A stretch of 64,000 nucleotides of DNA from Candidatus Saccharimonadales bacterium. GTDB lineage: Bacteria > Patescibacteriota > Saccharimonadia > Saccharimonadales > Saccharimonadaceae. Positions 36,345 to 46,568 of the stretch are shown here, piece by piece. The notes beneath the pieces were generated by a model. That model saw nothing but the letters and a program-made list of their open reading frames with translations, searched no databases and was not told where the DNA came from. Location: assembly GCA_035317825.1 (NCBI GenBank), contig DATHGB010000027.1, positions 19,579-83,578 on the forward strand, in the 5' to 3' direction. Numbering within the stretch: the first letter of the stretch is position 1; each line of letters opens with the position of its first letter. Both the position numbers and the translations under genes were made by a program.

Positions 36345-37589
36345 ATGTTAGATATCCGTTTTGTCCGTGAGCACGCCGATGAAGTGCAGACCAATGCTAA
36401 AAATAAAGGCTATAACGTCAGTGTTGACGAGCTTTTGAAGTGGGATTCCAGTAAGCGTGAACTGCAAAAACAAGCAGATGAACTGCGTGAAAGACGAAAT
36501 GAAATCGCTTCTCAAATGAAGGGTGGCAAACCATCTGATGAACTTATTGCCGAAGGGAAAAACCTTCGCGAAGAGCTTGCTATCTTGGAAGTAAAACTAA
36601 AAGAAGCAGAGACTGAGCTGATGTCTCGCCTGGACCAATTACCAAACATGATGTTTTCTGACGTGCCTATCGGTGCTGAAGAAGACAGCGTTGAGGTTAA
36701 AAGATGGGGAGCGCAAGAAACTGGTGCGATTGATCACTTAGATTATGCCGTGTCACGTGACTGGGTTGATTTTGAACGCGGCGCAAAAGTTGCTGGTGCG
36801 AAGTTCTATTATCTAAAAGGTGATCTAGCGCTTTTAGAGAACGCTATTACGCAATTTGCACTCGATTTTGTTACTAAAAAAGGTTTTACTTTTATGACCG
36901 TGCCCCACATGGTGAATTCAAAGATAGCACAAGGTGCTGGATTCGCTCCAAAAAGCAGCATTGAGAGCAATGAGTACTTTATCGAGGGTGAGGACCTGAC
37001 ACTCATTGGAACGTCCGAGGCGCCTTTAACTGGATACCACGCCGATGAAATTATTGATGAAGACAAATTACCACTTTTATATGTGGGACTGAGTCCTTGC
37101 TACCGTAAAGAGGCGGGAACATACGGCAAACACAGTCGCGGTCTTTTCCGCGTGCATCAGTTTAATAAGCTTGAAATGTATGCGTTTACGACACCCGAGC
37201 AAAGTACTGAAATGCACGAACGGATTCTTGCGATCGAAGAAGAGCTTTGGCAGACACTTGGTGTTCCGTACCATATTATTAACATCGCAAGTGGCGACCT
37301 TGGTGCGCCTGCCGCAAAGAAATACGACCTTGAGTATTGGTCAATCGTAGACGGAGCATTCCGCGAGCTGACGAGCTGTTCTAACTGTACGGATTTTCAG
37401 GCGCGCAGTTTAAATATTCGTGTTCGTCGCAAGGAGGGCAAGGTTGAGATGATGCATACGCTCAATGGAACGGCAGTGTCGTTAGCTCGTTCGCTTGTAG
37501 CAATCATGGAACACAACCAGACGGATGACGGTAAATTAGCCGTCCCAGAAGTCCTTCGCCCGTACATGGGCGGTCGCGCAATAATCTAA
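36345..37589 (+). CDS. serS: seryl-tRNA synthetase
   Basis: Coiled-coil N-arm, 'SPCYRKEAG', 'RVHQFNKLEMY', 'LNGTAVSLARSLVAIME'. TACAAT (36333-36338) 6 nt before the ATG. Confidence 0.95.
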   Translation: MLDIRFVREHADEVQTNAKNKGYNVSVDELLKWDSSKRELQKQADELRERRNEIASQMKGGKPSDELIAEGKNLREELAILEVKLKEAETELMSRLDQLPNMMFSDVPIGAEEDSVEVKRWGAQETGAIDHLDYAVSRDWVDFERGAKVAGAKFYYLKGDLALLENAITQFALDFVTKKGFTFMTVPHMVNSKIAQGAGFAPKSSIESNEYFIEGEDLTLIGTSEAPLTGYHADEIIDEDKLPLLYVGLSPCYRKEAGTYGKHSRGLFRVHQFNKLEMYAFTTPEQSTEMHERILAIEEELWQTLGVPYHIINIASGDLGAPAAKKYDLEYWSIVDGAFRELTSCSNCTDFQARSLNIRVRRKEGKVEMMHTLNGTAVSLARSLVAIMEHNQTDDGKLAVPEVLRPYMGGRAII

Positions 37590-37637
37590 TTCGCGCTATA
37601 ATAAGTTGTACAAGACCTAACCTTATAGGAGGGTAGC

Positions 37638-38012
37638 ATGATTGAAGCAATCGATATCACTGGTGTCAAATTCGACCTTGACAGTACGACAAAGAAATAC
37701 GTCACCAAAAAGATAGGCAGGCTCGATCGTTATCTGCCCAAACACGCGAGAAAAAGCGTAACAGCAGAGGTAAAACTACGCGAAGTAAACCGCGACCACG
37801 GCAACAAATACGAAGCTGAAGTTATTCTACACGTGCCAGATAAAATGTTGACCGCCAAAGATTCAACAGTCAATGTACTTGCGGCGATTGATATCGTCGA
37901 GGCTAAAATTGTCGCGCAATTACATAAATACAAAGAAGCAACAGTGCCTCATGTTGGACGCCGCGGGATGTTGAGCCGTTTTAAACGAAGTTACGCCCGC
38001 GAAAGTAATTAG
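37638..38012 (+). CDS. hpf: ribosome hibernation/translation-inhibition factor (HPF/RaiA, short form)
   Basis: AGGAGGG RBS. 124 aa with the 'KYVTKKIGRLDRYL' pattern typical of the S30AE family. Confidence 0.8.
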   Translation: MIEAIDITGVKFDLDSTTKKYVTKKIGRLDRYLPKHARKSVTAEVKLREVNRDHGNKYEAEVILHVPDKMLTAKDSTVNVLAAIDIVEAKIVAQLHKYKEATVPHVGRRGMLSRFKRSYARESN

Positions 38013-38115
38013 CTAGCAGAAAACACCTCTTGTAACTACTTTTATATCAAACCCAAACAGCGTATAATACAAGGTAGTATTTGACAGAAATTTCAGACGT
38101 GAGGGGTTTATAACG

Positions 38116-40734
38116 ATGGTCACAAGACAGAAGGCACTAACGAAGATTTTTGGTGATCCGCAAACACGGATATTAAAAGCGTTGCAAAAAAAGGTTGGTG
38201 CGATTAATGCACTCACCGATAAATACAAGGCGATGAGCAAGACCGATCTCAAAAAGCAGACGGCCGAACTAAAAAAACGGTTAGCGGCAGGTGAAACGCT
38301 AGACCAGCTATTACCTGATGCTTTTGCATTGGTTCGTGAGTCTAGCGACCGCGTACTTGGCATGCGTCATTTCGACGTGCAGCTTATTGGTGGTATGGCG
38401 CTTCATGAAGGCAACGTTGCTGAAATGAAAACAGGTGAAGGTAAGACGCTGGTCGCAACGCTTCCAACCTACCTGAATGCACTTGAAGAAAAAGGCGTGC
38501 ACTTAGTCACGGTAAACGATTACCTAGCGCAACGTGACGCTGGCTGGAACGGAGAGCTCTTCGACTTCCTGGGCATGTCGACGGGTGTTATTATCAACGA
38601 CGCATCTTTTCTTTACGACAAGGACTACAACAACGAGGATCACGATGACCCGCGTATGCGTAAACTGCGTCCTGTCACTCGTAAAGAAGCCTACGCCGCT
38701 GATATTACCTACGGTACGAACAATGAATTCGGGTTTGACTACCTTCGCGACAACATGGCAAACGAAGTTGACCTGTTGCGCCAGCGCGACCTTCACTTTG
38801 CGATCGTGGACGAGGTTGACTCAATTTTGATTGACGAAGCCAGGACACCGCTTATTATTAGCGCACCTGCTGCTGAAAACCCAGAAAGTTATCTGCAATT
38901 CGCTAAGATTGCTGCGAAATTAGTCCCGGATGACTACGTTTTAGACGAAAAGCGCCGTAGCGTTGCACTGACCGACGAAGGCGTCGAAAAAGTGCAAAAA
39001 CTACTCGGAGTAAAAAACTTATACACCCCAGAATATGTACGATCTGTCTATCATATGGACCAAGCACTTCGCGCGCAAACATTGTTCAAGCGTGACAAAG
39101 ATTATGTCGTAACTAACGATGGTGAAGTGGTCATTGTGGACGAACATACCGGCCGTTTGATGCAAGGACGTCGCTATAACGAAGGACTTCACCAGGCAAT
39201 CGAAGCCAAAGAAAAAGTACCAGTGTTGCAAGAAAGCATGACGCTTGCAACCGTATCGTTCCAGAACTATTTCCGCCTATATGCAAAACTTTCCGGTATG
39301 ACAGGTACGGCGTTTACTGAAGCCGAAGAGTTCCAGCAAATCTATAGTTTGGATGTCATTCAGATTCCATCGAACCGTCCAATTCAGCGTATCGACCACG
39401 AAGACCTGATCTTTAAAACGGAAAAGGGCAAGCTGAAGGCTGTTGCCGACGCGATCAAGGAATACCACAAAGTAGGACGACCAGTTCTGGTTGGTTCGGC
39501 ATCGATTTCAAAGAACGAACTGATTGCTAGTTGGTTAGACAAAGAAAAAGTTCCGTACGAAATCCTCAACGCGAAAAATAACGAACGCGAAGCCGCGATT
39601 ATTGAAAAAGCGGGTGAAAAGGGCGCGATTACACTTGCAACCAACATTGCCGGTCGTGGTACCGACATTAAGCTTGGCAAGGATGTCGTAGGACTAGGCG
39701 GTCTGGTGGTTATCGGGTCAGAACGACACGAATCCCGCCGTATCGACAACCAGCTGCGTGGACGCGGCGGACGTCAGGGTGACCCTGGTGAAACGCAGTT
39801 CTACGTATCGACCGAAGATGACCTGATGCGTATTTTCCAAGGCGAGCGAATCGCTAGCCTAATGGAACGTTTAGGCGTCGATGAAGACCAGCCTATACAA
39901 AACAAAGCTGTTTCAAAAACGCTCGAATCAGCTCAAAAACGTATCGAAGGCTACAACTACGACACGCGTAAAAATGTTGTCCAGTACGACAACGTGATCA
40001 ACCGACACCGTCGTGTTGTCTATATGATGCGCCGCAAGATCTTGGAAGGCCAAGATATCAAGTCGGAAATCCAGCGTTTGATGGATGACAAGCTTCGTGA
40101 ACTTACAACTGTTCCAGCTAAAAATAACAAGAATTTTGTCGAAGAATTCGAGATTGTTTTCCCAATTAGCGACAAGAAAATCAAAGCAATCGGTGAAGAG
40201 AAAAAAGACAAGCTTCGATTTGAATTAGCACAAAAAGAAGCAGCCACATTTTACAAAGGTAAAGAAAAAGAACTAGGTGAAGATATTGTTCGTAAAGTCG
40301 AACGTGACATTTACCTGCAGGTTTTGGACACGCTCTGGATGCAGCACCTTGAAAATATGCAGCACCTTCGCGAGGGAATTCACTGGCGCAGCGTTGGTCA
40401 GCGTGACCCTCTGGTTGAATATCGTTCTGAATCGCAGAAACTATTTGATAGTTTGCAAATGACACTTCGCGACGAAGTACTTCGTGCTGTGACGCATGTC
40501 CATAAACATGATGCCATTGCCGAAGAAGACGAAGAGCACGAAACCGAACTAACCCGACTTGCTGCTAATGCAATCGAGCGGGGCGTTAACGAAGTTACTG
40601 GCGGCGAACAGAATCGCGACAAAGACTTCGGTACTAAAAAAGCTAAAACAGCTGCTGAAGTAAGCAAACAAAAAAATGACGCTCGTAAGAAAAAGAAATC
40701 TCAGCGTCAAAACCGTAAGAAAAACCGTAAATAA
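38116..40734 (+). CDS. secA: preprotein translocase ATPase SecA
   Basis: 'MKTGEGKTLVATLP', 'DEVDSILIDEARTPLIIS', 'ATNIAGRGTDIKLG'. The C-terminus is a Lys-rich tail without the Cys zinc-finger. Confidence 0.97.
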   Translation: MVTRQKALTKIFGDPQTRILKALQKKVGAINALTDKYKAMSKTDLKKQTAELKKRLAAGETLDQLLPDAFALVRESSDRVLGMRHFDVQLIGGMALHEGNVAEMKTGEGKTLVATLPTYLNALEEKGVHLVTVNDYLAQRDAGWNGELFDFLGMSTGVIINDASFLYDKDYNNEDHDDPRMRKLRPVTRKEAYAADITYGTNNEFGFDYLRDNMANEVDLLRQRDLHFAIVDEVDSILIDEARTPLIISAPAAENPESYLQFAKIAAKLVPDDYVLDEKRRSVALTDEGVEKVQKLLGVKNLYTPEYVRSVYHMDQALRAQTLFKRDKDYVVTNDGEVVIVDEHTGRLMQGRRYNEGLHQAIEAKEKVPVLQESMTLATVSFQNYFRLYAKLSGMTGTAFTEAEEFQQIYSLDVIQIPSNRPIQRIDHEDLIFKTEKGKLKAVADAIKEYHKVGRPVLVGSASISKNELIASWLDKEKVPYEILNAKNNEREAAIIEKAGEKGAITLATNIAGRGTDIKLGKDVVGLGGLVVIGSERHESRRIDNQLRGRGGRQGDPGETQFYVSTEDDLMRIFQGERIASLMERLGVDEDQPIQNKAVSKTLESAQKRIEGYNYDTRKNVVQYDNVINRHRRVVYMMRRKILEGQDIKSEIQRLMDDKLRELTTVPAKNNKNFVEEFEIVFPISDKKIKAIGEEKKDKLRFELAQKEAATFYKGKEKELGEDIVRKVERDIYLQVLDTLWMQHLENMQHLREGIHWRSVGQRDPLVEYRSESQKLFDSLQMTLRDEVLRAVTHVHKHDAIAEEDEEHETELTRLAANAIERGVNEVTGGEQNRDKDFGTKKAKTAAEVSKQKNDARKKKKSQRQNRKKNRK

Positions 40735-40753
40735 AAAGTTACTCTGAAAGTTG

Positions 40754-40801
40754 AAAACCCGGTTTCTCGGCGCAAATTGCGCGGCGAGAAACCGGGTTTT
40801 T
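40754..40801. terminator. bidirectional terminator between secA and the 45-codon ORF
   Basis: AAAACCCGGTTTCTCG / CGAGAAACCGGGTTTT, a 16-bp perfect stem. The loop contains a GCGCAAATTGCGC mini-hairpin. A4 before and T5 after. Confidence 0.85.
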
Positions 40802-40821
40802 CATCGTAGAGCGCCGAAGGG

Positions 40822-40959
40822 CTAGTTCGGGTAGTACCGGACGAGCAGCGCGGTGGCAACCGCCACTACCGCGATCGTCGACCAGAGGACAGGTGCCCAC
40901 CGGATGCTGCCCACTCGGGGCGTCTGGCTGGGCGGAACGTTGTAATAGACGAAGGCCAT
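40822..40959 (-). CDS. 45-aa hydrophobic peptide (below ORF-track cutoff), high GC
   Basis: Hand translation: MAFVYYNVPPSQTPRVGSIRWAPVLWSTIAVVAVATALLVRYYPN*. G/C-rich third positions. One TM helix. Own promoter and terminator. Confidence 0.45.
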   Translation of the reverse strand: MAFVYYNVPPSQTPRVGSIRWAPVLWSTIAVVAVATALLVRYYPN

Positions 40960-41017
40960 GTTGAACACCCTGCACTTTCTTCTCGAATGATGAGTCTGCA
41001 TTGCTGCATTGACGTGA

Positions 41018-41046
41018 AATATATCATATGTTACTAATTATGTCAA
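41018..41046 (-). promoter_or_regulatory. sigma70-type promoter for the 45-codon ORF
   Basis: Minus strand: TTGACA (41046-41041), 17 nt spacer, TATATT (41023-41018). Confidence 0.5.
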
Positions 41047-41150
41047 TATTTATTTTATCTAAACCGGCATGTTAAGAGGTAGTAATCCCTTCAAAAAAGT
41101 GTCACAATAGACGGTAGTATTTTTATCAGAGTGGCGAGTAGGAGAGGGTT

Positions 41151-42437
41151 TTGAAGCACAGTATTGAAGAAGTGAAGTTGAGCAATGGCGCACGAGGTCT
41201 TTTAATTGATATCCCAGGCGCAACCGTGATGAGTTTTCAGTTCCAGTTCCGTGCTGGAAACCGCTATGTTCGCAACAAGGACATCTACGAAACGGCTCAC
41301 GTGATGGAGCATATGGCATTCGGGGCTAACGCTCAGTTCAAATCGGAACACGAATACGAGGCCGAATTTACGAAAAACGGCGCGTATCACAATGCCTATA
41401 CGAGTGACCTTTCTATGGTGTATGTTGCCGACTGTGCTGATTTTGAGTGGGAACGTATTTTTGCGCTGCAACGCGTGGCAATCTGCCAGCCAAAATTTAA
41501 CGCAGAGGAACTAGAAGCTGAGAAAGGCAATGTTAAAAGCGAACTTACGGGCTACCTTAATAATCATAACCGTGTGCTATGGCCAAAAATTCAGCAGCTT
41601 CTTGGCGAAGATGTCTATACGTTTTGGCAGCGCCTACAGACGATTCCAAACGTAAAATTATCTGATATCCGCGAACATCATAAACGCACGCATACGGCAG
41701 AAAATATGTGTTTTGTCATTGCCGGTAAATTACAGGGACGAAAGAGTGAGATCAAACGCCAGCTAGAAGATTGGGAATTACCAAAAGGCGAACGCTTTGC
41801 GGTGCCAAAAGACGATCTAACAAGCGGTAACCCAACGCTTATCCGTCGCAAAGAAGCTTCTAACCTGACATTCGGCCTTTCGATGACAATGCCACGTGAA
41901 TTAACCGACGAAGAAGCCGAATCAATGAACTGCCTTGATCAGATTTTGACCGGAACGATGCACTCGAGAATTTATGGTGCTGCACGTAAAAAAGGTCTCG
42001 CATACGGTGTCTTCTCGGACACGTCCGTAGGATTCCACGACAGCAGTTGGGACTTTGGGGGACAAGTGAACCTCGATACGGCCGACGCGTTATTCGATAT
42101 TATCGTTCGCGAGATGAAGTTTGTCATGGACGGAAAAATTACCGAACAAGAACTTGAAGCGGCAAAATCTTATGCACTTGGCCGTTACCAAATGGGCGCG
42201 CAAACAGTAGCGCAAATCAGCAACTTTTATATTGGCCGTTATTTCGCTGACGGTGTCGTTAAAGATTACGAGAAAGTGCCTGAATCTATCCGGCAAACAA
42301 CACGAGAATGTATTATCGATACCGCACGCGAATTCATTACGAGTGATGCGTGGGTACTTGCCGGTGTCAGCAGCGGCGAAAAGAGCGAACTGGTAGAACT
42401 TAACGACAAATTAGCCTCTCTGTTTGAAAAGAGGTAA
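41151..42437 (+). CDS. M16-family (pitrilysin/insulinase-like) zinc peptidase
   Basis: TTG start after a GGAGAGGG RBS. Inverted zinc motif 'HVMEHMAF' (HxxEH). Confidence 0.85.
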   Translation: MKHSIEEVKLSNGARGLLIDIPGATVMSFQFQFRAGNRYVRNKDIYETAHVMEHMAFGANAQFKSEHEYEAEFTKNGAYHNAYTSDLSMVYVADCADFEWERIFALQRVAICQPKFNAEELEAEKGNVKSELTGYLNNHNRVLWPKIQQLLGEDVYTFWQRLQTIPNVKLSDIREHHKRTHTAENMCFVIAGKLQGRKSEIKRQLEDWELPKGERFAVPKDDLTSGNPTLIRRKEASNLTFGLSMTMPRELTDEEAESMNCLDQILTGTMHSRIYGAARKKGLAYGVFSDTSVGFHDSSWDFGGQVNLDTADALFDIIVREMKFVMDGKITEQELEAAKSYALGRYQMGAQTVAQISNFYIGRYFADGVVKDYEKVPESIRQTTRECIIDTAREFITSDAWVLAGVSSGEKSELVELNDKLASLFEKR

Positions 42438-42446
42438 AATAGCTAT

Positions 42447-43739
42447 ATGAAGATTGCGATTGCCGGCTACGGACTTGAGGGAAAGTCCAACTACGCGTAT
42501 TTTGCTAGTCAGGGCGACGTAACGATTGTTGATGAGCGCGAAAGTATAGACGATCTGCCGAGCGGTGTTCCAACGATTTTGGGTGAAAGCGCGTTTGAAA
42601 AACTTTCAGATTTTGATTTGGTCGTGCGTACAGCCAGCCTTGCACCTGATAAGATCAAAACGAACGGTAAAGTTTGGTCGGCAACGAATGAGTTTTTCGC
42701 TAAATGCTCAGGCACGATCATCGGTGTCACAGGAAGCAAGGGCAAAGGGACAACATGTAGTTTAATTGCGAATATTCTACGAGAAGCCGACCAGACCGTT
42801 CATTTAATTGGCAACATTGGCGTGCCAGCGCTTGACGTGCTTGATAAGGTCAAGCCCGAAGATATTATCGTATATGAATTAAGTAGTTTCCAGCTATGGG
42901 ATCTTGAAAAAAGCCCTGCTGTCGCTGTCGTACTAATGATCGAGCCCGACCATTTAGATATTCACGCTGACTTTGAGGAATATATTGCTGCAAAATCAAA
43001 TATTCGCAGATATCAAACAGCAAAAGATATTTGTTTTTATCATCCAACTAACAAATTTTCACGTCAGATAGCTGACATGAATGAATATCCGAACGCTCAT
43101 CCATACAATGACCCGACTGACGATATGTCGGTGTATGTTGAAGAGGGTGATTTCGTAGAGGATAATTGTGTCATATGCCCACTTGATGCTTTGCAGCTTC
43201 CAGGAAAACATAATATTGATAATGCATGTGCTGCGATTAATGCGGCAATGTCTGGATTTGGGGCTGATCGTGATGCAGTCGAGCGTGGACTTCGTGCTTT
43301 TCATGGCTTAGATCATCGTCTCAAATTCGTTCGTGAACTCGAAGGACGGCTGTATTACGACGACAGTATTGCTACTACTCCAGGTAGTGCCGTTGCAGCT
43401 ATAAAAGCATTCGAGCAGCCAAAAGTAGTGATTTTAGGCGGCTCAAGCAAGGGCGCAACGTTCGAAGAAGTTGCAAAAGCAGCGGATGGTAATAACGTCC
43501 GATGCGCGATTTTAATTGGCGATGAGGCAAATAAAATTGAGCAGGAATTTTCACTCACGAATGTGCCAACGGTCAATCTAGGGTCTGGTGTGACGATGAA
43601 TCAAATCGTAAAAGCTGCCCGCGACCAATCACAAGAAGGTGACGTCGTGATTCTTAGTCCGGCATGCGCAAGTTTCGGCATGTTCAAAAGTTATAGCGAT
43701 CGCGGAGACCAGTTCATTGCAGCTGTCGAGGCATTATAA
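42447..43739 (+). CDS. murD: UDP-N-acetylmuramoyl-L-alanine--D-glutamate ligase
   Basis: 'IGVTGSKGKGTT' P-loop, 'DHRLKFV', 'YDDSIATTPGSA', 'ILSPACASFGMFKSYSDRG'. Confidence 0.9.
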   Translation: MKIAIAGYGLEGKSNYAYFASQGDVTIVDERESIDDLPSGVPTILGESAFEKLSDFDLVVRTASLAPDKIKTNGKVWSATNEFFAKCSGTIIGVTGSKGKGTTCSLIANILREADQTVHLIGNIGVPALDVLDKVKPEDIIVYELSSFQLWDLEKSPAVAVVLMIEPDHLDIHADFEEYIAAKSNIRRYQTAKDICFYHPTNKFSRQIADMNEYPNAHPYNDPTDDMSVYVEEGDFVEDNCVICPLDALQLPGKHNIDNACAAINAAMSGFGADRDAVERGLRAFHGLDHRLKFVRELEGRLYYDDSIATTPGSAVAAIKAFEQPKVVILGGSSKGATFEEVAKAADGNNVRCAILIGDEANKIEQEFSLTNVPTVNLGSGVTMNQIVKAARDQSQEGDVVILSPACASFGMFKSYSDRGDQFIAAVEAL

Positions 43740-44821
43740 TGCAACCACTTCTAAAACGCCTACAGCAGCTCTCAAAATCTATAGATATAGCATTTACGCA
43801 ACTAAAAATAGATGAAAAAGCGGAGCAGATCAAAGAGCTAGAGACTGAGCTTGCGTCATCTGAGATTTGGAATAACCCAACCTACGCGACTGATAAAAGC
43901 AAACAACTTGCCGCACTTCAATCTATGGTCGAACCATGGCAAACACTCAAAAGTCAGGCAAGCGATATGACCGAACTGATGGAGCTGGGCGATGATAGCC
44001 TGACCGCTGAATTTGAAGGCCAGATAACGGCGCTTGAAAAAGAATTTGAATCACGTAAAAAAGTGCTGTTATTTAACGGTGAGTACGACGACCATAGCGC
44101 CATTATCCGTTTGAGTAGTGGAGTAGGCGGCACGGACGCGCAAGATTTTACCGAAATGCTAGAACGCATGTATTTACGTTGGGCCGAGAAAAATAACTTC
44201 GCAACAACTATCGTTGAACGCTCGGCCGCTGACGAGGCGGGGATTAAGAGTAGTGTCATTGAAGTTACCGGACCGTATGTCTACGGAACACTCAGAAGCG
44301 AAAATGGAGTACACCGGTTAGTACGCCTAAGCCCGTTCAACAGTGATAACCTACGTCAAACTAGTTTCGCGCTTGTCGAAGTACTGCCACAGATCGATAC
44401 GCCAGACGAGGTCGTTCTAAACGACAAAGACCTAAAAATTGACGTCTACCGTGCAGGCGGACACGGGGGGCAATCGGTAAATACAACCGATAGTGCCGTG
44501 CGCGTGACGCATATTCCAACTGGTATCGTCGTTGCAATTCAAAACGAACGCAGCCAGCTGCAAAACAAAGAAACAGCTCTTAAGATTTTGCGCTCAAAAT
44601 TAGCAGCCCTTCAAATGGAGCAGCATGTTGAAAATATTACAGACCTCCAGGCAGGCGAGTCGGCTAATTGGGGAAGCCAGATCCGAAATTATGTCTTACA
44701 TCCCTATACGATGGTCAAAGATACTCGTACAAAATACGAAGAACGCGACGCGACTGCGGTCCTCGGCGGCAAAATTGACGGTTTTATTAATGCCTATCTG
44801 GAAGCGCATTTGGAGGGGTAG
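43739..44821 (+). CDS. prfB: peptide chain release factor 2 (single uninterrupted frame)
   Basis: 'RLSPFNSDNLRQTSFA' (SPF), '[23 protein letters not shown]' (GGQ). 1-nt overlap with the murD stop. No internal in-frame UGA. Confidence 0.95.
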   Translation: MQPLLKRLQQLSKSIDIAFTQLKIDEKAEQIKELETELASSEIWNNPTYATDKSKQLAALQSMVEPWQTLKSQASDMTELMELGDDSLTAEFEGQITALEKEFESRKKVLLFNGEYDDHSAIIRLSSGVGGTDAQDFTEMLERMYLRWAEKNNFATTIVERSAADEAGIKSSVIEVTGPYVYGTLRSENGVHRLVRLSPFNSDNLRQTSFALVEVLPQIDTPDEVVLNDKDLKIDVYRAGGHGGQSVNTTDSAVRVTHIPTGIVVAIQNERSQLQNKETALKILRSKLAALQMEQHVENITDLQAGESANWGSQIRNYVLHPYTMVKDTRTKYEERDATAVLGGKIDGFINAYLEAHLEG

Positions 44822-44856
44822 CCAGGCTCACTGCTTATGCTACAATAAGTATAGGA

Positions 44857-45540
44857 ATGATTCTTTTAGACAGAGTAACCAAAACATATGGTCGTGATAC
44901 TAAACCTGCAATAAATCGGGTGAGTTTGCATGTGGAGCCAAACGAGTTCGTTATTCTCGTCGGAACGAGTGGTGCGGGTAAATCAACATTGCTTAAATTA
45001 CTAACCCGCGAAGAAAAACCAACTAGCGGTAAAATCGTTGTCGGCGGTATTGATTACGACACATTAAAAGACAAACATATTCCATTACTGCGTCGCAAAA
45101 TTGGCGTCGTTTTCCAGGATTTTAAATTGCTACCTCAGCGTAACGTATTTGAAAACATTGCCTTTGCGCTAGAAATTGCCGGTATGACCAACCGTGAAAT
45201 TAAGAATACGGTGCCAAAAGTGATTGAACTTGTAGGATTAACTGGCAAAGAAAAAAACTTCCCGCACCAGTTGTCTGGTGGTGAACGTCAACGCGTGGCA
45301 ATTGCGCGTGCGGTTGTTCGCCAGCCAAAAATTCTTATTGCCGACGAGCCAACAGGTAATCTCGACCCAAAGCACAGCTGGGATATCGTACGTTTACTTG
45401 AAAAGATTAATAAATACGGCACGACAGTGCTGCTAACAACTCATAACGTTGAAATTGTGAACAAATTAAAGCGTCGGGTCGTGACGCTTGAACACGGTAA
45501 AGTGACGGGCGACCAAGCACAGGGGAGTTACAGGCAGTAA
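44857..45540 (+). CDS. ftsE: cell-division ABC ATPase FtsE
   Basis: 'GTSGAGKSTLLKLL', 'LSGGERQRVAIARA', 'ADEPTGNLDP'. Confidence 0.9.
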   Translation: MILLDRVTKTYGRDTKPAINRVSLHVEPNEFVILVGTSGAGKSTLLKLLTREEKPTSGKIVVGGIDYDTLKDKHIPLLRRKIGVVFQDFKLLPQRNVFENIAFALEIAGMTNREIKNTVPKVIELVGLTGKEKNFPHQLSGGERQRVAIARAVVRQPKILIADEPTGNLDPKHSWDIVRLLEKINKYGTTVLLTTHNVEIVNKLKRRVVTLEHGKVTGDQAQGSYRQ

Positions 45541-46520
45541 TGAGTAAACGAAAACTAGATGCAAAAGCGTTTGCACAGCAAAAACGCAAACGCCGCCAGT
45601 GGATTACGTTCATGCGAATGTGCCGCTACGGTGTTAATAACTTTAGCCGTAACGCATGGCTAACGATTGCCGCAACGGCAGTGATGACGATTACGCTCCT
45701 CGTTATTTTTATGACTGTCGCTGCCAGAAACGTGCTTCTTGATACGGTGGGCGAGATCCGTAGTAAAGTCGACATGTCAATTTACGTCAAAACAGACGTA
45801 TCTGACAAAGACGTACAAAAGATTGGTGATGATCTGCGTAAACTAAGTACGGTCACGAATGTCAGGTATGTTTCTCCGCAAGAAGCACGTGAAGAGTTTG
45901 CCAAGAAAAACAAAACCGAACCAAGTGCGCTTGACGCCCTGAACGAAGCGACGAACAAATTCCCGGGAACGTTCCGTGTGAGTTTGACCGATATTAATAA
46001 TACGTCGGAACTCGATACCTTCGTAAAAACAAGCGACACGTTTAAGAAGAACCAAGATCCAAGTAATAAACCTTCGTTTGCGGGAGAGCGTCGATCGGCT
46101 ATCCAGAATATTGGTCGTTGGGTAGGCTTCGCCGAGAAAGTGGGGCTGGGCGCTAGTATAGTATTCGTATTTATATCGTCGATGATTGTGTTTAATACGA
46201 TTCGCATGGCGATCTTTAACCGCAAAGAAGAAATCCAAATGATGAAATTGATCGGTGCTGACCGCAGCTTTATCCGCGGACCATTTGTTGTAGAGGCGGT
46301 TGTTTACGGGTTCATTGCAGCTATCCTCGCCACTATCTTTGGCGCAATAATTCTATATAGTTCCGCAAAAGGACTGTTAAGTTACGAAGTTGCCGTACAG
46401 CCTACGATTGACTTTATGACAACCTACATCGCATTTGTGCTACTTGCTATGGTGCTTCTAGGGGCGGTAATCGGCGTCATTTCCTCGCTCCTTGCAACCC
46501 GAAAATACCTAAAAATTTAA
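45540..46520 (+). CDS. ftsX: cell-division permease FtsX
   Basis: N-terminal TM, ~130-aa extracellular domain, 'EEIQMMKLIGADRSFIRGPF', 3 C-terminal TMs. ATG overlaps the ftsE stop. Confidence 0.85.
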   Translation: MSKRKLDAKAFAQQKRKRRQWITFMRMCRYGVNNFSRNAWLTIAATAVMTITLLVIFMTVAARNVLLDTVGEIRSKVDMSIYVKTDVSDKDVQKIGDDLRKLSTVTNVRYVSPQEAREEFAKKNKTEPSALDALNEATNKFPGTFRVSLTDINNTSELDTFVKTSDTFKKNQDPSNKPSFAGERRSAIQNIGRWVGFAEKVGLGASIVFVFISSMIVFNTIRMAIFNRKEEIQMMKLIGADRSFIRGPFVVEAVVYGFIAAILATIFGAIILYSSAKGLLSYEVAVQPTIDFMTTYIAFVLLAMVLLGAVIGVISSLLATRKYLKI

Positions 46521-46531
46521 CATAAGGAGCA

Positions 46532-46560
46532 TTGACAGCTTATTGTGCTTGTGCTATTAT
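46532..46560 (+). promoter_or_regulatory. consensus-like promoter of the CHAP hydrolase gene
   Basis: TTGACA (46532-46537), 17 nt spacer, TATTAT (46555-46560). The ATG at 46569 is 8 nt downstream. Confidence 0.65.
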
Positions 46561-46568
46561 CGAAACTA

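Noticed and set aside
40739-40975. 78-aa minus-strand track ORF
   Set aside because: It reads straight through the 16-bp-stem terminator and has an Arg/Pro/Gly shadow-frame composition. The 45-codon ORF in another frame (40822-40959) fits the promoter/terminator geometry better.
43739-43900. Looked for the programmed +1 frameshift site (CUU UGA C) usual in prfB
   Set aside because: The RF2 frame is continuous from ATG 43739, with no internal in-frame stop, so no frameshift is needed here. The presence of RF2 supports UGA = stop.
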